From Nemertoderma westbladi (Eukaryota; Animalia; Xenacoelomorpha): a stretch of 64,000 nucleotides of DNA. The notes beneath the pieces are model-generated. The model was given only the letters and a program-made list of their open reading frames with translations, did not search any database and was not told the origin of the DNA. Location of the stretch: NCBI GenBank assembly GCA_032718475.1, contig JAUCBJ010009125.1, positions 51,002-115,001 on the forward strand, read 5' to 3'. The position numbers were made by a program, and so were the translations under genes. Positions 11,875-24,335 of this stretch are shown here, piece by piece (position 1 is the first letter of the stretch; every line of letters begins with the position of its first letter).

Positions 11875-13225
11875 GGCTCATTCCTGTTTGGGGGGCTCCA
11901 TCCTACTGTCCTATACTATTATTATAGTATATTCCCTACTGCTGTACTCTTAATAGGTAGTTCCGTGCCCAGGTCACTGTTCTAATCTTATTGTAAACCT
12001 GATCAGCTGACTGCACTGCAACCTTCCTGCTTACAGACTTAAGCCGCTGTATACTTGTAGTAGGGTGTATTCCTACTTTACTATATAATTTTACGTCAGA
12101 GGAAGACGATGTGCCCTTCGCGCAGCACGTGTAAAAACAAAAAACTGTCTTTCTAGAAAGATACTTCATCTAAAGCGGAATTTCAGTGGTGGATAAAACA
12201 CGGTCTCGGTCCTGAAACACCTCCTACGTGTGGTCGTTGCTCCATGGGAAAGAAATTACCCACGAGGAAGTCCCGTTCTATACGTCGACCTGACACCTGA
12301 CGCCCATCAACTCACGTGGAATTGTGGCATTTTATACGAAGCATTCCGGTACTATTCATGCCGGTATGGCAGTATGGATGCCGGTATTATCCATATACCG
12401 GTACCGTAATCAATAATTAGGCCAAATCAATTTCTAATTATAGTTTTTTTAGTTCATTGTGTAATTTATTATTATAGGCATAAGTTATTTTGAATAATCG
12501 ATCGCATTTAATACGTTTTTTTAAGTCTGTAAGTCAATTACGAAAATTATTATTAAGCAATTACAGAATTATTACACAGTGCGTATTTTTAGGAATTGTG
12601 GCATTTTATGTACTAATTAATATTTTTAATTTAATCAATACATCAATAATTAAATCAATATTTTCTTTATTTCAGTCTTACAGTACCGGTATTAATAGGC
12701 ATAGTTAGCTTAATTAGTTCATTTTAGTTAATTAATTAGGTAGGTTAATTTTAGTTAATTAGGTAGGGTAATTAATTATATAGAATATTACTGTGCAATC
12801 TATGTATGCGAATCAGGCCACATCTAGGATCTTGTATTGTTTCTCTATTAGATTTCTTAATCACAGAATCAAGGGCATAGACTGATAGAGGAATTGCTTT
12901 TGGAAGAACAATACTTTTAAATGGGAATGGTGTGTTCTGTTTTAAAAGTGATTTGGGGGCGGTAGCGCTCTAACTAAATAGGCGGGGGTTTGTGCAGTTG
13001 GGAGCAGCTTATTTCAGTATTTTGAATCAAAATTATAAGTCAGAAGTTAACGTTCTAAGTATTTTGTTATAGGAAGCCGGTAAATTGACCAAATTTCTAA
13101 GTGGTTTCTTCTTGGAAGCGGTAAATTGACCAAAAATACGACAATTTTATAAGTGGTTTGCCATGGGAACTGGTAAAATGACATTAAAAAAATTCAAAAT
13201 GGAGGCCCCCAAACAGGAACGTCCT
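11875..13225. mobile_element. Possible TIR element
   Basis: ttcctgtttgggggctccat (11881) is inverted relative to atggaggcccccaaacaggaa (13199); no TSD identified. Confidence 0.4.
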
Positions 13226-13581
13226 GACGTCCCAGAAAAAATTACGAAATAGTATATTATAGTACAAAAGAGTACAATAATGTGCAAAAATAGTACAAAA
13301 GAGTACCATCGAGAGAGAAACGCTTGCAAAAAGTGTATACAAGTGTAGTTCAAATCGTGTAGAGGGGCGCACATGATGTGCAAAATAAAACAAAGCATTT
13401 TGGGCGGAGCCACGCATTGTGCGGTGGCTGATATAGCAGTCAGAGAGCATCACAATATAATATTATGAGTTTTAGTGCAGCTTTTTGAATTCGAAAAACA
13501 CAAAAAACGGTCCCAAGCCCGCAAAATTGCAGAGGAAGAACTCTAAAGTTGCTAGATAGATGCATACATACATAGCCTACA

Positions 13582-13719
13582 TAACGTAATCTATACGTAG
13601 CATACAATCTATCCTTCAGTGTGTCAGTATATGGGCTACTTTAAGACTATTAACGTAATCTATACGTAGCATACAGTCTATCCTTCAGCGTATCAGTATA
13701 TGGGCTACTTTAAGACTAT
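13582..13719. repeat. 69-bp tandem duplication
   Basis: taacgtaatctatacgtagcatac..gggctactttaagactat twice in tandem. Confidence 0.9.
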
Positions 13720-14339
13720 GACCTAAATTTTGAGTCTCAGTTATACGACGTTATATCTACAGATCCACCCACTGCTGCACTGCATAGCATAGTATGTAGG
13801 CCTATTGCATTAAATTGTATTATACGAACAGTCTGACAGTAGCCTACTTCTACTGTAGGCCTACAGCTGTGCTGTATGCCAGTTAAAATCTATACGAATC
13901 AAAGTTCTGTCAATCATTTCATACTTGACCACAGAATCAAGGCCGCTATTGACACTGTCACTGTCGGACTGTAGCGGCGCATATTTCAGTATTTCGGCAT
14001 TCGGTGCCGTTGCATTTGCTTACAATTATATTTGTATACAGGTGTAATGTAGGCCTACTGACTGACTGAACTGATGAATAGGCCCTACTACACTGGAACT
14101 GGCAGACTGGTATACACGTTTTGCATGCGTTTCTCACTAGTTTGTACTATATTTGCACTCTTTTAAGTACTATATTGCAGTATTGTACTATTTTGTATTT
14201 TTTGTAGGCCTACCGCAGTACCGTATTTATTTGTACAGATTCGTCAACCGACATATTTTAAAACGCGATAGACTGATAGACTGATACCGGTAGACAGATA
14301 GAGTCACAATACACTGATACATGACTGCATGAGGTTCTA

Positions 14340-16123
14340 CCCAGTAAAAAATCCGCATTCGTAACGCATGGGATCGCGCATATTTCACGCATTCGTAACG
14401 CATTCTGAAATGTTACATAGATGAACCATGCGATACGAATGCGAAAACCGAACCAAATACGCATCCTTTATTCGCATATCGAATGTAATACGAACCTTAT
14501 CCGAATCCCGCACATTCTACGAATGCGCCCCTAATCTTATACGAATGTTTCCCGCACACGATACGAATGCGTCCCGCATGTTATATACGAATGTTTCCCA
14601 CGCTATACGAATGCGTTACGAATGTTTTACGAGTGTTATACGAATGTTTACCGCAGGATTTTTATTTTTTTATTATTTCGCTACAGTTTACATAGTTTTA
14701 ACAGTTTACAACTGATAAAACGTGTCCATTTTATTTTATTTTTTTAAATATACTTGATATTCCGAATCGAATATGAAAGCCATTTTCAATTTCCCCAAAT
14801 AAATGTTCAGATATAATTCAAGAGCACGCAATTTCAGACGTAAATCGTTATAGTTATTATTATACTTATATTAATTATTATTGATGGTTTATTATTTTTT
14901 ATGATATTTTATTATTATATTATTTTATTATTATATTATATTATTTTATTATTATATATATTTTTATTATTATTATATATATATTTTATTACTTATTATC
15001 GAAAAAAAGCGAATTAATATTCTAGAATATAGTAAAAAAAACATTCAAATTATGTTGATGCATCTCATAAAATGTATGCCTTTGATGTATTTTGTCTGTA
15101 AGATTTTTTTACCATTAATAAGTGTAGGGCCTACTGTAGCAGTAACCGGTAATTAACTGCTACAGTATATCAGTAGACTTTTTAATGGCTTTTTATAGCG
15201 AATTAAACAAATTCGACCTGGAGGCCTAAGAAACTGTGTGAGAATATCACCATACACACGTACAATTTAATAAAAATGCCACATGCTTTATAATATGTAT
15301 TGGTACTGTACTGTAGGCCAGGTGAGATAAATAATGACAACATAAAACTACTGTAATAACTTTGGGAAATGAGTACTACTGTACAGGGGCTAAAACTACG
15401 GGTGGGGGGGGGGGGGGGGGGGTGCCGAGTGCTACATACTATAAGTATGCCTACATACTGTAGTTCCTTAAGTTAATACTGTAGTTTTATGTTGTCATTA
15501 TTTATCTCACCTACCCTACAGTACATAACCTTTACATTATTACAGTATATCAAGCATGTTGGTAAAGGGAACAGGTTTACATACCAAAATAATGGGGAAC
15601 CAAAATACTAAATGGGAGTTGAGAATTACTGGGCAACCCATTAAATAAATATATAGTAAAAGTACATAGGACTGGCTGACTGGTAACAAAGGGGGAGAGC
15701 TACTAACTAATAACACTATGTTCGATTATTTGCCGAATGGTGATTGGTCAGTATTACAGTCTGTACGGTACTCTAATTGAGAGTGCTTTGCATGCGTATC
15801 GCATGCGTCACGAATGGACCACGAATAATTTTAAGCGTGGCGTGGCTAAGCATTCGTATCGCATGTGGTACGAACGAATGAACCACGAATTATTTTTTGT
15901 GTGGAGTGGAAGCATTCGTATCGCATGTGCCACGAATGATGAGCCACGAATATATTTACAAGTGAAATCTCACATGCGATACGAATACTATACGCATTCG
16001 TTAAATTATTCGGACTGACGAACCATTGACGAAGGCTTCACGAATCTTAAATAACATTGCACGCACCTTTTACGAATGCTGCATGTGGTACGAATGCGTT
16101 ACGCATGGGGATTTTTTACTGGG
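14340..16123. mobile_element. Non-autonomous CACTA/EnSpm-like TIR element
   Basis: TIR CCCAGTAAAAAATCC.CAT.CGTAACGCAT at both ends, TA flanks, subterminal tacgaatgc repeats; nested foldback ~15280-15560. Confidence 0.75.
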
Positions 16124-16901
16124 TAACTGCATAAATTGGAAATACTGAAATAGGCTGATAGGGGTCCGGTCCACTGTCCACTCAACTGCTCAAAGTGTTT
16201 AAGAAGAGATACGCTCTTTATTGAATTGGGTATTCAGGATTCAGCCACCACTCAGCCCAATTCTAAAAAAACAGCGCGACTTCCTGTGCAATAGGCCTAT
16301 ACCAGTATACCGACATCCACAAACCCCCCTATTCTACGTAATGAACTGTTGCATACTGCTGTACTCAGGTACTGGCACGAACTCAGATGGGGGGATCAGC
16401 GATAGAGAACCTGCTTTCAGTTCCCCACGATCCGGCAGTTGCTTCAATAGACAGATAGAAGCTATCAAAATGTCCCTTCCGCTTCCTCAGTCTGTCAGTT
16501 CCTGCCTAGCAGCCTAGCTGCCTCTTCGGTCTGCCGCTGCGAGTTCCACGAAACAGCCGGTGTACCTGAACCTGCTGACCTGTTGCATAGCATAACCACT
16601 CACTCTGTCACTAAGTCGTCCAGCCATAGGCCTAGCGTCTGGCCTAGGTTATAGTTAGTTATAGGCCAGTAGGCCTACCGTACATTGCACATTGCCGTAT
16701 TACAGTATTACTGTATTATTAGAGATGAAACGGTAGGCGGTAGGCCTAGGCGTAGGCGGCAGGCGGTAGCCAGTCAGCCAGTTGGGTACGATATTCATGA
16801 TAGACAGCTGGACAGACAGATAGATATAGGGCCTAATATAGTACAGTCAGTCGGTGAGAAGTCAAAAATTGGACTTGAGTCCAAAATTGGACTTCGACTC
16901 C

Positions 16902-17872
16902 AGTAAATTACATAACCTACAACAACGCGCATTTAAAATAATTAAATACCACAACCCAACGTTTAACCCACACTGCTTACGTTCTCTTTACATTTCACAA
17001 GTAGGTGCAATCTGTTTCAAGTACATCAATGGATTACTCCCGAAGGATATTTTTCCACATCTTTTGACTCCGGTAAACCAAACTCACTATCATCAAACCC
17101 TTGGATCGTCTCAGAATAAATGCTTCATTGTTAGACATAGGTTAAAATTACGAAACAATTCCATATTTATACAAGCCCCACACATATGGAATTCTCTGCC
17201 TGCTGATGCACGACGGGCCGCTTCTTTTAACTCGTTTAAACAAAAACTTTCAGTGCATCTATTAAAATTATTAAAATAATTAAATTGTAGTATTACTTAA
17301 TAATTACTTTCGTTTAGTTTATAGTTTATATAATATCAATTACCTTATATAATATCCATTACCTTGTTTAACAGGTCTTTAAAATAAATGATGTACCCTA
17401 TCTTGTTGATGTAAGTACGTAAGTAGTTTGTTTATATTAGTTTAGGTTAGGTGGATTATATTATGTACCCATCTTATAACTGTACTGTATATGCCCCCAA
17501 CACATATATTTATGTGCCCATCTTTATATCTGTGTGTATATGCATGCATTTGTTTTTTTACAGAATCTATATCTTAAAGTACTTCGGTTTCTACCTACAA
17601 AATTGTTTTTATACTTAATGCAATATATTAGAATTACTGGCAATATTACAATACTTAATTAGGCCTAAAATGTAGTTAATAATAAATAAATTAATCGCTG
17701 TGTTACTGGTGCCTGAAATAATGGGACTACCCGTCCAGGTACCAGCTACACGTAGAGTACATTATGTGCATGCATATATTATATACAATAGTTATCAATT
17801 TATTTAGTACAAATTTGCTCTATATCTGTGTATAAAATTGTTAATAAATCTTATCTTATCTTATCTTATCTT
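16902..17872 (+). mobile_element. 5'-truncated CR1/L2-type LINE with 3' UTR and (TCTTA)n tail
   Basis: ORF has LQQRAFKII, HYHQT, APHIWNSLP..FKQKL; ends aataaa(tctta)4; splits the host subterminal repeat. Confidence 0.8.
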
Positions 17873-18887
17873 CAAGTCCAAAATTGGACTTCTGTGAGTC
17901 CAATATTGGACTTCAAGTCAGCCAATTGTTCCAGGGCCTTGGGTAATAGGATCGGGCGGGATTTTTTTTCTTTAATCGAAAATATATCAAAAAATAAGAG
18001 TTTTGAACAGGGGGACCTGAAATTCACCAGGGGGAACTTTTCTTATAAGGCTTTGAATTTTTACAAAAGTCCAATATTGGACTTTAAGTCCAATTTTGGA
18101 CGTGACATTGAGAATCGAACTTAAAGGTACATGAAGCATGACAGATGAGAGACAGCCAGACAGCTGTTAAGTTATGGAAAGTTACCTTTGCAGCTCTGTA
18201 TGTATCTTCAGTGTACTGACTGTACTGTACTTAGAATATAATGGTACATTCTAGGTACTTTGTACTTCACTTTTAGCATATTGTTTAGTTCACAATTTAC
18301 ATTCATGTTATGTCTAACCTTACAGCCTTATGTACCCAGGACTTTATAGTGTCTTTAGGACTAGATTAGATTATGCTCCAACAGATATTTAATTACAAAT
18401 TATATTTGGTGGATACTGGTAGCAATGCCAGGTTAGCCAACTGCAGCTGCTGCTAAGGCTAACTACAGTACAAGCTACGATTTCGTCTAAGGTTATGGGA
18501 GCCCTATCAGAAAGAAATACTACAAGTTGATGCTACCACCATCTCTTCTAATTTTTCCATACAACGGGAAGGGTATTATAAAACAGCTGGATAACAGGAT
18601 AATGAAATGGGATTAGTAACTGATTAACGCGTTGGGGTCTCCACATAATAAGTACAGAAGTAACAAGTAACACACGTCATAATCATAAACCAATTGAGGG
18701 AAAGGAACAGGTTACAGAGGCAGGCTTTTCTAACTAATTTCTAACTAACTCCAAACAATAAACGGCCACTTTTGACTTTACCAATTGAAGGAGCCCTATA
18801 ACCTCACCACATACTACTACTACAATCGGCATGATTCATTGCAGCTGCATTATATATATAGCAGTATAGGCCCTATTATGTATTAAG

Positions 18888-19235
18888 AATGCTGTGCCGG
18901 CTTGTTAACAAAAGTGCGCCTCCACAACTCCCTTACACTCTTACAGCCTTATCACCCATGACATTTGCTAGATCATCCGCATCATCAAGGCCAGTGTCCT
19001 TTAAGACAGATGCGTCTCAAGAAAGTCATGGGCTGTCCACCATGCTTATTCACTCCATGAGGTGCACTGGCTGGTCCTCACGGCTTAAAGCGATGTCCTG
19101 CAAAGCGGAGGCGGCTTTGTTCTAGTGTCAAGCTTGGGGGAACCAATGACTGAATGAGACACCTCCAACTCCAATGTTATATAGTGTCTGGTTGGAGATG
19201 CAGAGATGTGTGCATTGTACTTGACACAGTGAACC
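18888..19235 (-). mobile_element. RTE-like LINE 3' fragment
   Basis: Homologous to ~45180-45520 (gaaagtcatgggctgtccaccat, ccaatgttatatagtgtctggttggagatg). Confidence 0.6.
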
Positions 19236-20287
19236 TAATCAAAACAATTAGTCAATAAACATTAACTCAATAACATAATAGGCTGATAGGTTACAGTTTA
19301 CAGTAGTCTTATTTTTGCCATACGAAAATACCACAGGTATGGCAGTATGGGTATGACGTATGAATGAACTATACAGCTATAACTCAACTACGCTACCGCG
19401 GTATACACGCTAAGGCAGTAAGGCTACCGCAAAGCTATACCACTACCGCAAAAAGTAAACCGCAAAAAGTAACTACTAATGTCTGACTGTACGTGTGCGA
19501 TCCCTGTTTATAATACATATAATAATTAATTTGATCATTAAAATAATGTTGCATTGTAATTATGTAATATATATGTACTGATACGGGATGCAGTTTTGAT
19601 TTAAATACCGATATACAGTATGGCAGCATGGGTACACTTGGAGTTGTACTAAAGTCCAATATTGGACTTTGGAGTCCAAAATTGGACTTGAAGTCTAAAA
19701 TTGGACTTGAAGTCCAATTTTTCACTTCTCACCGACTGACAGTATTAATGTTTAATGTTTATGTTTAATGTAAATAGGGCGTGAGGAAGCAAATGCTTTT
19801 AAAGCCCGTACACACAATAAATAAAATTAACGGAGACATATGTAAAATATATATATGAAATTGTACTGTACACATAAATAAAATATTGACTGGGTTAAAA
19901 CACAGGGTTTTAGGTAAAACTGAACGTAATCGGGACCGCACAAAGTACATAGTATGATAATAGGCTAGGAAAAAAAGCGTTAGTTCAAATTAGTTCAAAT
20001 TATTAACATGAATACCAGAATACCGTCTTAGGTTTTGATTATTGATAGTAAGAATGTGTTGGCAAGCTGTATTTTTCGAGGTGTTTGCGCCAATAAAAGA
20101 TAAGTTATTTTCGGTAAAATAAACTTATCATTCGAGGTTAAGACCCCTAGATCCCTTCCTATAATAAATGTATAATAACAAACACCTCGAAAAATACAGC
20201 TTGCCAACACATTCTTACTATCAATAATCAAAAATCAGGGGCTAATAAAATGGCAGCTGTCTTTGAAATTAATTCTCCATATCTCAA

Positions 20288-20457
20288 GAACCTGTGGCCT
20301 AGTGGTTGTAGTCTCGGCTTCCGCCTCGAGGTCCCAGGTTCGAATCCGACACCACGCTGATGAGACCCAGTAAGGTCGAAACGCGTACGTGGTTTGGAGA
20401 GATATGAGATATTAATTTCAAGAAAAATTACGCGATTCCTAAATTTGTACACTACCC

Positions 20458-20495
<38 letters not shown>
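20288..20495 (+). mobile_element. tRNA-derived head + hammerhead + poly(A) SINE-like unit
   Basis: A box TGGCCTAGTGG, B box GGTTCGAATCC, hammerhead immediately after, long A run 20462-20495. Confidence 0.65.
20351..20393 (+). ncRNA. Minimal type I hammerhead ribozyme
   Basis: accacg CTGATGA gacc-cagtaa-ggtc GAAAC gc GTA cgtggt: perfect 6-bp stem I, 4-bp stem II with G-C closing pair, palindromic stem III ACGCGT; cleavage predicted after 20387. Confidence 0.9.
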
Positions 20496-20498
<3 letters not shown>

Positions 20499-20802
20499 CG
20501 CATGTGATGGGATTAGTCCTACAATTGCGCCAATAAAAGATAAGTTATTTTCGGTAAAATAAACTTATCATTCGAGGTTAAGACCCCTAGATCCCTTCCT
20601 ATAATAAATGTCTTAGGTTTTGGACTATGCAACTGCACTACCGGTACTCACAACGTTTCACTGTTTTAATTAGGCCCCTAAATATTTCAATGTAAAATTT
20701 CCCATTATTTACTGTAAATGCTGCTTGGTAGGTACCCTAAACTTTTAAATTGTGAACTAATTTTTAAATTAAATTATATTTTAACGCTATTTTAATTGAA
20801 TA

Positions 20803-20844
20803 TACCGCTGAAGACGCCCGCGAGGGTGAAATGGCCATACGGTA
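20803..20844 (+). ncRNA. Minimal type I hammerhead ribozyme (Penelope-like)
   Basis: taccg CTGAAGA c gccc-gcga-gggt GAAA tggcca TA cggta; GNRA-capped stem II, palindromic stem III ATGGCCAT. Confidence 0.8.
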
Positions 20845-21171
20845 AATAATTAACTTCATTTTTTATATATCCACGTGGTGAAAGACCCTTCCTTGCCTTT
20901 ATTAATCCTGTAATTAAGAATACCGTCTGACCGTATTACAGTCTGACAGTATTATGTTATTTCAGTATTTCTGTATTTAGAGAGACTGTCAGACTGCTGA
21001 ACAGTGACGGTGCTGGTGCAGTGGTGCCCTTACTGCCTTACCTTGTACCTGTTACCCTATCTGCCTATAATAAATAGGCCTACCCTGTACCCTCAGACCC
21101 TATCAGCCTATTTATGCTTTATCCAGTTATCTCGCTGTCAATCTATATATATAAATATCATGTGATGTGTG

Positions 21172-21356
21172 TGTCTGTCTGTCTGTCTGTCTGTCCGTCC
21201 GTCCGTCCGTCCGTCCGTCCGTCCGTCCGTCCGTCCGTCCGTCCGTCCGTCCGTCCGTCCGTCCGTCCGTCCGTCCGTCCGTCCGTCCGTCCGTCCGTCC
21301 GTCCGTCCGTCCGTCCGTCCGTCCGTCCGTCCGTCCGTCCGTCCGTCCGTCCGTCC

Positions 21357-21446
<90 letters not shown>

Positions 21447-21473
21447 CTGTCTGTCTGTCCGTCTGTCTGTCTG
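21172..21473. repeat. (TCCG)n/(TCTG)n microsatellite
   Basis: Directly visible. Confidence 0.98.
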
Positions 21474-21929
21474 TGAAAGCTATACGTTTCTACACACAAG
21501 CACCAATCGGAGCTCGCGATACATTGAACGAAAGCTCTCGTCTCGAGCATACGTGCACTGTCGCTATCTCGAGTCTTATTTTAAGTGTTTGTTTGCGTGA
21601 ATGCAAATTTCGTGAATTCGGTACCGGTAGTGCATTAGGCCTAGCAGTTCATTCTGTCACTCTACACGTTGGGTCTCGACTATTATGCTACTTTTTCATG
21701 CGCATCTAAGTGATGCAGACTGCCCCGAGCACATGGACGTGAAACGTCGTTATATCGAGGCTAATTTTATGCATTATTTATGCGTGAATGCGTATTTGTG
21801 GTCAAATTGGGCTATTATTCCATAACAATTTTCAGCCAAATTTGTCAACCAGCAGGAAACTTTAAAAAAGCGGTTGCACCATCAGACTCAATCTGTTCTA
21901 AATGATACTTTGCAGATACGTTCCTGACC

Positions 21930-24335
21930 ATAGACTGTGTGTTTGGGAAGACACTGATCAATCGGCAGTTCTCCAGTCTGCCGCTAGGGGGCGAAATGTC
22001 AGAAACTGAAAACCTTCTCCCATCTCGTTATTATTAATGCCTTTTAGCTGAAAAGTGGCAGAGGTCTACTACTACACCATAGGCTGTGTGTTTTTGGAGG
22101 ATGCTGACCAATCTGCAATTCCCCAGTCTGCCGCTAGGGGGAGAAATATCTGAAAGTGAAAACCTTATCCCATTTCTTTGTTTATAATGCTTTTTTGCTG
22201 ATACTTGGCAGAGGTCTACTACACCATACAGCGTGTTTGGGGAGAAGCTAGAATCAGTCTGCATTTCTCCAGTCTACCGCTAGGGGGCCAAATGTCTGAA
22301 AGTGAAAACCTTATCCCATTTCGTTATTAATAATGCTTTTAGGCTGACACTTGGCAGATGTGTATTACACCATATGGTGTGTGTCCAGTGCCAGATTAAG
22401 CCTCTGGTGGCCCTAAGGCACATTTTAGTAATTTCCAAAAATGGTCCGAAAATTGATAATTTTCCGCAAACCCTTTCAAAAGAAAAGGCTGCTAAAAACA
22501 ACTGAAATTTTGAAAATGTTGCGAAGGAAATATAATGTATTTTCGTTGGATGACTGACTGCAAATAAGTACTAAGTACTATTTTGTGATAGACAAAGTAT
22601 AGCAAATCGTTACAAAATCGGTTCTAGAAGATCCAAATGGCCATGTTTTACAAACCAATATTCACGATTTTAGCCCTAAAGATGCTAAACATTGTGGTAT
22701 ATGTTTAATGGAAATTATTGAGTAAAAAATAAAAAAGTGGTAGGGAATTTAGTGATGAAAAAAGTCAAAATCGACAAACAGATAAAATGGTTGTTTTATA
22801 CAGAGAGGCATAAATATCAGCAATATATTATGTTGTTGAAAAGAGCAGTTTTGAGGTCAAAAAATAGTTCAATGTTGAAAACCGTTATTTATTGCCTTTA
22901 GGGTAGGTTTCGCAGGGTACTTATCTTTACTGGACTTGTTGTGAAATTTAACACACCAAAAGTGTGGGCTTAGTGCAAAGATATAATATTTCTGATCTAT
23001 ATTTGGACTTGCTGAGAAAGTAATGTTCTTCGATAAGAGAACAGTCTCGGAAATAAGTACTTTTTGTCACTAATTTTAATTTACCCAAATTCAATTATGC
23101 TGTCCGAGAGTTTTAGGTTTTGCAGGAATGGCACCTAAAATGCCAGCGATGGCAAAATGCAATACACGAGGGCAGAACATCTGAATTTCGGTTAAATTAA
23201 ATTACAGTAGTGACAAGAAGTTATTTCTGACACGTTTTTTTTTATCAACAACTATTTTATCTACAACTAATTTATCCTTTTTTTTTATCTATTAGGGCCT
23301 ATATTTATAAAACTCGTTTCCGCTGAAAAAAATTAATTTCGCACTACCATATCTCCTCGCCATACATTTACTATGTACAGTGGTTCCAGTATGTCACCAC
23401 GTCATTATTTAGTTGTTCTAGAAAGTTTAAGAGCATAGCATAACTACAAATAATTCCCCACAAATAAATAAAATTAAATTCTCCATTGTTCATAATTAGC
23501 ACTTTAATGTTTTACGGCCCATATTTTATTATTTCCCTGCCATCAGGTCTTGAACTAATAACACAAGCAGCTGTCGGTCGATTGAGCTACAATTTTGCAA
23601 TTTCTACCACAAATCTAGTGATAGGAAGTAGTCGAAAGATGCACTTTTGTTCTGTTTTCTAGAAATTTTAGTTAGAAAAAATGTGGACTTTTCAGATAAA
23701 AATAATTTTTTTCACAGGAATGACTCGCTGAGAAAAAATGGCCCGTATTTTCGTCTGGCCTTAAGGCACGTGCATTATGCCTAAAGGTTAATCCGGCACT
23801 GTGTGTGTCTGTGGAGGACGCCCAACTACCGGCAGTTCTCCATTCGGCCGCTAGGGGGCGAAATATCTTTAAGTGAAAACCTTATCCCATTTCGTTGTTT
23901 ATAATGTTTTTACGCTGATACTTGGCAGAGGTCTACTACACCATAGACTGCGTGTTTGTGGAGAACTCTGACCAATCTGCAATTCCTCAGTCTGCCGCTA
24001 GAGGGCGAAATGTCTGAAATGAAAACCTCCTATTTCGTTGTTTCTAATGCTTTTTTTATACTTGGGAAAGGTATACTACACCATAGGCTGTGTGTTTGGG
24101 GCGGATGCTAACCAGTCTGCAGTTCTCCAGTATACTGCTAGAGGGTGCGAAATGTCTGAAAAGTGAAAACATTCTCACATTTATTTATTAAGAATGCTTT
24201 TAGGCTGATACTTGGCAGAGGTCTACTGTACTTACATCATAAGCTGCGTCTTTGAGAAGGACGTTGACCAGTCTGCAGTTCTCCAGTCAGCCACTAGGGG
24301 ACGAATTGTCTGAAAGTGAAATCCTTCTCCCATTT
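21930..24335. repeat. Diverged ~150-bp tandem units interrupted by a MITE
   Basis: Recurring ccgctagggggcgaaatgtctgaaagtgaaaacc..cttggcagaggtctactacaccata. Confidence 0.8.
22386..23801. mobile_element. hAT-family non-autonomous element
   Basis: TIR CAGTGCC(A/G)GATTAA; exact 8-bp TSD TGTGTGTC at 22378-22385 and 23802-23809. Confidence 0.85.

Larger units (their letters stand above)
16848..19738. mobile_element. hAT-like non-autonomous element with nested LINE pieces
   Basis: TIR CAGTCGGTGAGAAGT.AAAAATTGGACTT; 5-bp flanking repeat ACAGT; subterminal aagtccaatattggactt repeats. Confidence 0.75.

Noticed and set aside
20288-20354. Functional tRNA gene
   Set aside because: A/B boxes present but acceptor and T stems do not pair; treated as SINE-like head.
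21114-21709. SVRP/TDGR repeat ORFs
   Set aside because: Tetranucleotide microsatellite.
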